DNA of 64,000 nucleotides, from NCBI GenBank assembly GCA_963804165.1, contig CAWDPO010000046.1, positions 128,001 to 192,000 of the forward strand, written 5' to 3'. The translations under genes and the position numbers were made by a program. A model generated the notes under the pieces. It saw only the letters and a list, made by a program, of their open reading frames with translations. It made no database searches and was not told the origin of the DNA. Of the stretch, positions 57,500 through 64,000 are shown one piece after another (position 1 is the first letter of the stretch; each line of letters begins with the position of its first letter). The stretch is from an uncultured delta proteobacterium. GTDB taxonomy: Bacteria > Desulfobacterota > Binatia > UBA9968.

Positions 57500-57682
57500 A
57501 TGCCGGTACCCAAACGAAGAACTTCGAAACGTGTGAAAAACCAGCGCCGCGCGCACGATGGCCTGACCAAGCCGCAATGGAGCACGTGCTCGAATTGCGG
57601 TGAAACGGTCATGCCGCATCGCGCCTGCGCTCACTGTGGCTTTTATCGAGGCCGCGCAGTTCTGCCGGTCGAACAAAGCTAA
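57500..57682 (+). CDS. rpmF: 50S ribosomal protein L32 (zinc-ribbon type)
   Basis: MPVPKRRTSK...CSNCGE...PHRACAHCGFY. Confidence 0.96.
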   Translation: MPVPKRRTSKRVKNQRRAHDGLTKPQWSTCSNCGETVMPHRACAHCGFYRGRAVLPVEQS

Positions 57683-57699
57683 CTCGCCTCCTACCCCAT

Positions 57700-58818
57700 A
57701 TGCCGAAAATCGCCATCGACGCGATGGGTGGAGATCACGCCCCGCAAGCGGTCGTCGAGGGTGCCTTACTTGCTGCCCAAGAACTCGGCGTCGAAATGGT
57801 TTTGGTCGGGGACAAAGAGTCCATCGAACGGGAGCTTGCTAGACACAAAGGCGCCCTGAAATTCAGTATTGTCGCGGCTTCGCAAGTCGTGCCGATGCAC
57901 GAATCGCCGAGCATCGCGCTCCGCAAAAAAGATTCCTCCATGAGGGTCGGATTCGAATTGATGAAGCGCGGTGAGGTCGATGCCGTTATCAGCGCGGGAA
58001 ACTCGGGCGCCATGATGGCTGTCGGCATGTTCGTCATGGGAACGTTGCCGCAGGTTGCCCGTCCCGCCATTTTGGTGGTCGTTCCCAGCCTGGGTAAAGG
58101 GACGGTGATCGTCGATGCGGGCGCGAATGTCGACTGCAAGCCGCGCCACTTGGTTCAGTTCGGTCTTATGGGATCGATTTACGCCGAACGGATCTTGGGT
58201 ATCGCGAAACCACGCGTCGGAGTGTTGAGCAACGGCGAAGAGGAAGGCAAGGGCAACGAACTCACCCGAGCGGCAAGCGAACAGTTAGCCGCGATGTCCC
58301 TCAATTTTATCGGTTACGTCGAGGGTCGGGATATTTTTGCCGATCATGTGGATGTCGTCGTCTGCGACGGTTTTACGGGGAACATCGCGCTCAAAACCAT
58401 GGAAGGTGTCGCGAGTTTCGCCAGCGCCGTATTAAAAAGCGCTTTCCAAAAAAATCTTTCGAGTCGTTTGGGGTACTTGCTGAGCCGTAATTCCCTTGCC
58501 GAAGCCTATCGCCGGTTAGATTATGCCGAGTACGGCGGCGCTCCGTTGATCGGCTTGGATGGCGTGGCGATCATTGCTCACGGCGGCTCCAGCCCGCTGG
58601 CGATTAAGAATGCCATTCGGGCAGCGCGTGACGCCGTGGATCAGCGGATTAATCGCCATATCGCCGATGCTCTAGGGGACACGGATGGCGTGGGGGACAA
58701 CAAGAAGGAAGGTTTACCGAGAAAACTTTGGGAGCGCTTTAAATCGAAAATTGAGTCCTTGGGCGAGAAGACGGAACCTGACGCCGAGCCGAACGAACGG
58801 AGGGGAGGTGGCGAGTAG
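57700..58818 (+). CDS. plsX: Phosphate acyltransferase PlsX with C-terminal extension
   Basis: IAIDAMGGDHAP, SAGNSGA, DAGAN, CDGFTGN and AHG. Confidence 0.95.
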   Translation: MPKIAIDAMGGDHAPQAVVEGALLAAQELGVEMVLVGDKESIERELARHKGALKFSIVAASQVVPMHESPSIALRKKDSSMRVGFELMKRGEVDAVISAGNSGAMMAVGMFVMGTLPQVARPAILVVVPSLGKGTVIVDAGANVDCKPRHLVQFGLMGSIYAERILGIAKPRVGVLSNGEEEGKGNELTRAASEQLAAMSLNFIGYVEGRDIFADHVDVVVCDGFTGNIALKTMEGVASFASAVLKSAFQKNLSSRLGYLLSRNSLAEAYRRLDYAEYGGAPLIGLDGVAIIAHGGSSPLAIKNAIRAARDAVDQRINRHIADALGDTDGVGDNKKEGLPRKLWERFKSKIESLGEKTEPDAEPNERRGGGE

Positions 58819-59752
58819 TCCTCTGGCATTTGTTTTTCCCGGGCAAGGATCACAGTACGTCGGTATGGGCAAGGAATTCAACGCCGAGTTCCCGGTCGCC
58901 CAAGAGATTTTTGCTGAGGCCGACGACGCGCTCGAATGTTCTCTCAGCGCCCTTTGCTTTTACGGTCCGGAAACTGACCTCAAGTTGACCGAGAACACCC
59001 AGCCAGCGATTCTCACCGCCTCGATCGCCGCTTTGCGGGTACTCGAGACAGAGACTCCGCTGCGGCCATCATTCGTCGCGGGCCACAGCCTGGGCGAATA
59101 TAGCGCGCTGGTCGCCGTGGGAGCGCTGCAATTCCGGGACGCGGTGAAAATAGTACGCGAACGTGGACGCCTAATGCAGCAGGCCGTGCCCTCGGGTCGA
59201 GGCGCGATGGCGGTGGTACTCGGGTTGGAGATGGAGGCGGTGCGCGATCTGTGCGTGGATGCTAGTCGCGGCGAAGTCGTCTCGCCCGCCAATTTCAATG
59301 GCGCCGGACAGGTTGTCATTGCTGGCGACCATGGCGCCGTTGAACGGGCTATGAAACTAGCAAAGGAACGCGGCGCGAAGAGAGTGCTGGACCTGCCGGT
59401 GAGCGCGCCGTTTCATTGCCGGCTCATGCAGCCTGCCGCTGACGGCCTGAAGCAAATATTGAGTGACGTCACGGTTCGCCCCTTCGTTACAGGTGTGGTA
59501 TCAAACGTTGAAGCTGAAGTTAATCTCAGTGCTGAGCGAGTGAAATCGTTACTGGTCGATCAAGCCGTGTGTCCGGTGCGTTGGGAAGAAACGGTGCGAA
59601 AGTTCCACGAATTAGGCTGTGATCGAGCGCTCGAGATCGGTCCGGGCAAGGTCCTCAAAGGACTTATGAAGCGAATCGTTCCGACGATGGAAATTGAAAA
59701 CTTCGCAGTTCCGCAGGATCTATCGCGGCTCGCTTCGGCGTGGACTCAATGA
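58808..59752 (+). CDS. fabD: Malonyl-CoA:ACP transacylase FabD
   Basis: FPGQGSQ, GHSLGEY and VSAPFH; GTG at 58808 overlaps the plsX end. Confidence 0.95.
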   Translation: MASSPLAFVFPGQGSQYVGMGKEFNAEFPVAQEIFAEADDALECSLSALCFYGPETDLKLTENTQPAILTASIAALRVLETETPLRPSFVAGHSLGEYSALVAVGALQFRDAVKIVRERGRLMQQAVPSGRGAMAVVLGLEMEAVRDLCVDASRGEVVSPANFNGAGQVVIAGDHGAVERAMKLAKERGAKRVLDLPVSAPFHCRLMQPAADGLKQILSDVTVRPFVTGVVSNVEAEVNLSAERVKSLLVDQAVCPVRWEETVRKFHELGCDRALEIGPGKVLKGLMKRIVPTMEIENFAVPQDLSRLASAWTQ

Positions 59753-60492
59753 TTCTCAACGGTCAGGTCGCGCTCGTCACCGGCGCTAGTCGCGGCATCG
59801 GACGCGCGGTCGCATTGGCGCTTGCGCGTTTGGGTTCCCATGTAGTTGTCAATTACCGGGGTAACCACTCGGCGGCCGAGGAGTCTTTGGCCAAGGTCGT
59901 GGCCGAAGGAGGCCAGGGCGAGCTTTGCCCGTTCGATGTCGCCGACGAGAATCAGGTCGAAGCCGCAATCAAGGGAATCGTTGACCATCACAAGAAAATT
60001 GATATTCTCGTTAACAATGCCGGTATAACCTCTGATAATCTTTTGATGCGCGTCAAGCCGGCGGATTGGGACCAGGTTGTCGGCACTAATCTCAAGGGTA
60101 CCGTTCTCTGCACAAAGATCGTATCGCGTTATATGATCCGACAACATCATGGGCGGATCATCAATTTATCGTCGGTGGTGGGGCAAACGGGTAACGTCGG
60201 ACAGTCGCTCTACGCTGCTTCCAAGGCGGGGATCATCGGCTTCACCAAAGCGGTGGCTCGCGAGGTGGCGTCCAGAAGTGTGACGGTGAATGTCGTTGCG
60301 CCGGGGTTTATCGAAACGGATATGACGGCGAAGCTGCCGGAAAAGATGCGCGAGGACTTTCTCCATGCGATCCCGCTCGGCCGTTTTGGTACTTGCGAGG
60401 AAGTCGCTGAAATGATTGTATTTCTCGCGGGGGAGAAATCTGGATATATTACCGGGCAGGTGTTTAGTATTAACGGCGGACTGTACATGTAA
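59749..60492 (+). CDS. fabG: 3-oxoacyl-ACP reductase FabG
   Basis: [17 protein letters not shown] and PGFIETDMT. Confidence 0.96.
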   Translation: MILNGQVALVTGASRGIGRAVALALARLGSHVVVNYRGNHSAAEESLAKVVAEGGQGELCPFDVADENQVEAAIKGIVDHHKKIDILVNNAGITSDNLLMRVKPADWDQVVGTNLKGTVLCTKIVSRYMIRQHHGRIINLSSVVGQTGNVGQSLYAASKAGIIGFTKAVAREVASRSVTVNVVAPGFIETDMTAKLPEKMREDFLHAIPLGRFGTCEEVAEMIVFLAGEKSGYITGQVFSINGGLYM

Positions 60493-60520
60493 CGAATCTG
60501 TATGCAGGAGGTATGTGAAG

Positions 60521-60757
60521 ATGGCGGCGTCTGTTCAGGCTAGAGTGAAGGAAATTGTATGCGAGCAACTCGGAGTGAGCGCAGAAGAGGTAACCCCGGA
60601 AGCCTCATTTATTGAGGATTTAGGGGCAGATTCCCTGGATATCGTCGAGTTGGTGATGGCGCTCGAAGAAGAGTACGAGATGGAGATCTCCGATGAGGAC
60701 GCGGAAAAGATCAAGACCGTCCAGGATGTCATCACCTATATCGAAGCCCATCGTTAG
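60521..60757 (+). CDS. acpP: Acyl carrier protein
   Basis: [19 protein letters not shown]; AGGAGG RBS. Confidence 0.97.
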   Translation: MAASVQARVKEIVCEQLGVSAEEVTPEASFIEDLGADSLDIVELVMALEEEYEMEISDEDAEKIKTVQDVITYIEAHR

Positions 60758-60826
60758 GATCTCCGGGGTCGCGTAGAGCGTATTAGGGCTAATTGATCGC
60801 CCAACCAGTTACTCAAGAAGCAAAGC

Positions 60827-60879
60827 AAATCGCAGGCGAGTGGGATCCAATGTCCATGCTCCTGCGATTTTCTTTATTT
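60827..60879 (+). terminator. Hairpin with T-rich tail after acpP
   Basis: AAATCGCAGG...CCTGCGATTT followed by TCTTTATTT. Confidence 0.5.
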
Positions 60880-60904
60880 CGATAGCGCGGGTCAAGTTCG
60901 AGTT

Positions 60905-61378
60905 ATGATCGTATTCGGTTGCGACCACGGTGGCTTGGAGCTCAAAAACTTTCTCGTCGATCGTCTGCGCTCCAAGGGCCTTGACGTTTATGATCACGGC
61001 ACTCACAGCAGGGACTCCGTGGATTATCCAGATTATGCGCGCGAAGTGTGCCGATGCGTCGTTGCGTGTGACGCAGACCGTGGCGTGCTCGTTTGCACGA
61101 CCGGCATCGGCATGTCGATCATCGCCAACAAATTTCCCGGCGTGCGCGCTGCGCTGGTGCAGGACCTCGACGGCGCGCGCTCGAGCCGCGAGCACAACGA
61201 TGCGAACATTTTGGTCCTGAGCGGCGCGAAGACCGTCCCATCATTGGCGCAACAAATCGTCGACGTTTGGCTAACCACGCCGTTTGCCGGTGGTCGGCAC
61301 CAGAGACGCGTCGACAAAATTACTCAGACCGAAAAAGAGCTGGGTCTCCGGCCCGCTCCTGAAACAGAGAAGAAGTAG
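60905..61378 (+). CDS. rpiB: Ribose-5-phosphate isomerase B
   Basis: GCDHGG, VDYPD, CTTGIG, REHNDAN and GGRHQRRV. Confidence 0.95.
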   Translation: MIVFGCDHGGLELKNFLVDRLRSKGLDVYDHGTHSRDSVDYPDYAREVCRCVVACDADRGVLVCTTGIGMSIIANKFPGVRAALVQDLDGARSSREHNDANILVLSGAKTVPSLAQQIVDVWLTTPFAGGRHQRRVDKITQTEKELGLRPAPETEKK

Positions 61379-61393
61379 CGCGAAGGTATTCAT

Positions 61394-62647
61394 ATGTCAT
61401 TTTTAGAACAAGCCGATCCAGCCGTGTTCTCGGCAATTCAGAAAGAAACCCAGAGGCTGGAAGGTAACCTGGAGCTGATCGCATCTGAAAACGTCGTGAG
61501 CGAGGCGGTGTTGGAGGCGCAGGGGTGCGTGATGACCAACAAGTACGCCGAAGGCTATCCGGGCAAGCGGTATTATGGCGGCTGCGAGTTTGTCGATGAA
61601 GTTGAATCGTTGGCGATCGCGCGGGCCAAAGAGCTATTCAGTGCCGATCACGCGAACGTGCAGCCGCATTCGGGCTCGCAGGCCAACATGACGGTTTATC
61701 TCGCGGTGTTAAAGCCAGGCGACACCTATTTGGGAATGAACCTGGCCCACGGTGGGCATCTGTCGATGGGCAGCCCGGTTAATTTTTCTGGATTTATCTA
61801 CAAAGTGATTCCCTACGGCGTTTCGGAAAAAACCGAAACCATCGACTATGACGAAGTTGAACGGTTGGCTAAGGAACATCGTCCCAAACTGATCGTCGCC
61901 GGCGCCAGCGCCTACCCGCGCGTCATCGATTATCCTCGGTTTCGCAAAATCGCCGATGAAGTCGGCGCGTTGCTGATGGTCGACATGGCGCACGTCGCCG
62001 GATTGATCGCGGCGGGCTTACACCCGAGTCCGGTGCCTTACGCGGACTTCGTTACCACGACGACGCATAAAACCTTACGCGGGCCGCGCGGCGGTCTAGT
62101 GCTCTGCAAAGCCGAGCACGCCAAGATCGTCGACAGCCGGGTTTTTCCGGGTATGCAGGGCGGGCCGCTGATGCACGTGATCGCCGCCAAGGCGGTGGCA
62201 TTGAAGGAAGCTTTGTGTCCGGAATTTAAAATCTATCAGCAGCAGATCGTCAAGAATGCGCAGGTGCTCGCCCAGGCGTTGATGCGCGCCGGATTTCGCC
62301 TCACGTCGGACGGCACCGACAATCATTTGATGCTGGTCGATTTGCGCAAATCGGAGCTCACCGGCAAAGTGGCGCAAGAGACTTTGGATAAAGCGCGCAT
62401 TACCGTGAATCGCAACGCCGTGCCGTTCGACACGCGCTCGCCGTTCGTTACCAGCGGCGTGCGCATCGGCACGCCGGCCGTGACCACGCGCGGCATGAAA
62501 GAAACGGAGATGGACTTGATCGGTGATTTCATTTCCAGAGCGCTGAAACGTGTGGGAGATGACGCCGCGCTCCAAGGGATTGCCGGTGAAGTCGGCAGTC
62601 TGTGCAGGAAGTTTCCGGTCTATCCGCATCGGTTGGAGAAAGCTTAG
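61394..62647 (+). CDS. glyA: Serine hydroxymethyltransferase
   Basis: [21 protein letters not shown] and [13 protein letters not shown]. Confidence 0.97.
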   Translation: MSFLEQADPAVFSAIQKETQRLEGNLELIASENVVSEAVLEAQGCVMTNKYAEGYPGKRYYGGCEFVDEVESLAIARAKELFSADHANVQPHSGSQANMTVYLAVLKPGDTYLGMNLAHGGHLSMGSPVNFSGFIYKVIPYGVSEKTETIDYDEVERLAKEHRPKLIVAGASAYPRVIDYPRFRKIADEVGALLMVDMAHVAGLIAAGLHPSPVPYADFVTTTTHKTLRGPRGGLVLCKAEHAKIVDSRVFPGMQGGPLMHVIAAKAVALKEALCPEFKIYQQQIVKNAQVLAQALMRAGFRLTSDGTDNHLMLVDLRKSELTGKVAQETLDKARITVNRNAVPFDTRSPFVTSGVRIGTPAVTTRGMKETEMDLIGDFISRALKRVGDDAALQGIAGEVGSLCRKFPVYPHRLEKA

Positions 62648-62654
62648 CTGAAGG

Positions 62655-62728
62655 GCTAGAAGATCGAGGACTGAAGATCGGGATTTTCCGTAGCAATCTT
62701 CTAACTTCGATCCTCTTTCTTCGATTCT
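62655..62728. repeat. Heptamer-type (GAAGATC/GATCCTC) imperfect inverted repeat
   Basis: AGAAGATCGAGGACTGAAGATCG...CTTCGATCCTCTTTCTTCGATTCT. Confidence 0.45.
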
Positions 62729-62732
62729 TACT

Positions 62733-63236
62733 ATGAAATGTCCTTTTTGCCACGAGACGGAAAATCGCGTCATCGATTCGCGATTGAGCAAGGATAGCAA
62801 TATGATCCGGCGCCGGCGCGAGTGCGAGCGCTGCAATCGGCGCTTCACGACTTATGAACGCGTCGAAGAAATGATGCCGTTGCTGGTAAAAAAAGACGGC
62901 CGGCGCGAAGCTTACGATCGGGTAAAAATCGTCAACGGTTTGAAACGGGCGTGCGAAAAGCGCCCGGTCAGCATCAACACGATCGAGGCAATCGCCGATC
63001 GCATCGAGCGCACGCTGCAAGAGCGCGGCGAAAAAGAAATCCCCAGTTCCGTGATCGGCGAAGCGCTGATGCGCGAGCTTCACGATACCGATCCCGTGGC
63101 CTACGTCCGTTTCGCATCGGTGTACCGCTCCTTCAAGGATATCGGCGAGTTTATGGTCGAGTTGGAGGAGCTGATCAAAGAACGCAAAGGTTTGCCGCTG
63201 GCCAAAACTGCCGAACCGGGACGCAGAAGGGAATAG
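62733..63236 (+). CDS. nrdR: Transcriptional repressor NrdR
   Basis: MKCPFC...DSR...[18 protein letters not shown] cone and [10 protein letters not shown]. Confidence 0.97.
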   Translation: MKCPFCHETENRVIDSRLSKDSNMIRRRRECERCNRRFTTYERVEEMMPLLVKKDGRREAYDRVKIVNGLKRACEKRPVSINTIEAIADRIERTLQERGEKEIPSSVIGEALMRELHDTDPVAYVRFASVYRSFKDIGEFMVELEELIKERKGLPLAKTAEPGRRRE

Positions 63237-63241
63237 CTCCG

Positions 63242-64000
63242 TTGTCCGGCGCCTCGTGGAGCGACTCCGATAAACGATACTTACGCATGGCTTGCCGTTT
63301 GGCGCGCAAGGCGGCGGGCCGGACCAGCCCCAACCCTATTGTTGGCGCCGTGCTGGTGCGCGGTGGCCGAATCGTCGGCGTCGGTTTCCATCGATTCGCC
63401 GGCGGCGATCATGCTGAAATCGTCGCACTCAAGCACGCCGGCGCGCAAGCCCGGGGCGCGACACTCTACATCACACTGGAACCATGCAGCCATTACGGCC
63501 GCACACCGCCGTGCACGCGGGCGTTGATCCGCGCCGGCATCAAAGAAGTGGTATGCGGCACGAGGGACCCCAACCCCCTAATCGCGGGGCAGGGCTTTCG
63601 CCAGCTACGGCGAGCGGGAATTAAAGTCCGCATTGGCGTGTTGGAAAACGACTGCCGCGCGCTCATCGAGAGTTTCGCGAAATTCATAACTCGCCGTTTG
63701 CCGTTCGTAACCCTCAAGCTGGCGGCTACTCTGGATGGCAAAATCGCCGCCGCCAGTGGCGATGCGCGCTGGATCAGCGGTGAAGATTCGCGCCGGAGAG
63801 TTCACCGGATGCGCAATGAAGTCGATGCCGTCATTGTCGGCGTGGAGACTGTAAAAGCCGATGATCCTCAACTGACCTGCCGAATTCCGCGCGGCCGTAA
63901 CCCGTGGCGGATCGTCGTGGATAGCCGTCTGAGTATTCCGCTTTCTGCGCGCGTTCTGCGCCAAGCCGATCCGGCAAAGACGATCGTCGCGACGGGAACT
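63242..64000 (+). CDS. ribD: Riboflavin biosynthesis protein RibD; runs off the window
   Basis: Read directly from the sequence (not in the ORF track): RTSPNPIVGAV, HAE, TLEPCSHYGRTPPC, LKLAATLDGKIA and DDPQLTCR. Confidence 0.93.
   Translation, partial: MSGASWSDSDKRYLRMACRLARKAAGRTSPNPIVGAVLVRGGRIVGVGFHRFAGGDHAEIVALKHAGAQARGATLYITLEPCSHYGRTPPCTRALIRAGIKEVVCGTRDPNPLIAGQGFRQLRRAGIKVRIGVLENDCRALIESFAKFITRRLPFVTLKLAATLDGKIAAASGDARWISGEDSRRRVHRMRNEVDAVIVGVETVKADDPQLTCRIPRGRNPWRIVVDSRLSIPLSARVLRQADPAKTIVATGT

Noticed and set aside
63180-63245. FMN riboswitch upstream of ribD
   Set aside because: ribD starts about 5 bp after the nrdR stop, leaving no leader.
1-64000. tRNA, rRNA, prophage or defence-system genes
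   Set aside because: No cloverleaf or rRNA signatures and no phage or defence motifs were recognised by eye; a tRNAscan-SE, Infernal or DefenseFinder run would be needed to exclude them formally.

Overview
GC-rich bacterial chromosome window. Gene content and repeat style suggest a 'deltaproteobacterial' lineage such as Candidatus Binatia (inference only). It has two halves. About 1-38.5 kb is an accessory transport and catabolism region: a Liv-type ABC system, a NitT/TauT ABC system, six further orphan SsuA/THI5-like binding proteins, TctABC, MmgE/PrpD, an astacin-like protease, a triple-Rid protein, a GMC oxidoreductase, a Rieske oxygenase, two amidohydrolases, two IS transposases, a RAYT fragment, MITEs and REP-like repeats. 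About 38.6-64 kb is core genome: acnA, rlpA, yebC-ruvCAB, ntrY, queG, yceD-rpmF-plsX-fabD-fabG-acpP, rpiB, glyA, nrdR and the start of ribD. The strongest novelty candidate is an NtrY-type sensor kinase followed, where ntrX normally sits, by an NtrX-like receiver domain fused in frame to an LpxC with all catalytic residues intact. This suggests direct phosphorylation control of the committed step of lipid A synthesis. Also notable: the fab cluster lacks both fabH and fabF, two IS630-type MITEs sit in tandem with different palindromic cargo, and an IS701 insertion plus deletion appears to have removed the N-terminus of a hybrid kinase. About ten 1-2 bp indels, including one in acnA, look like long-read assembly errors. 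No rRNA, tRNA or CRISPR array was seen.
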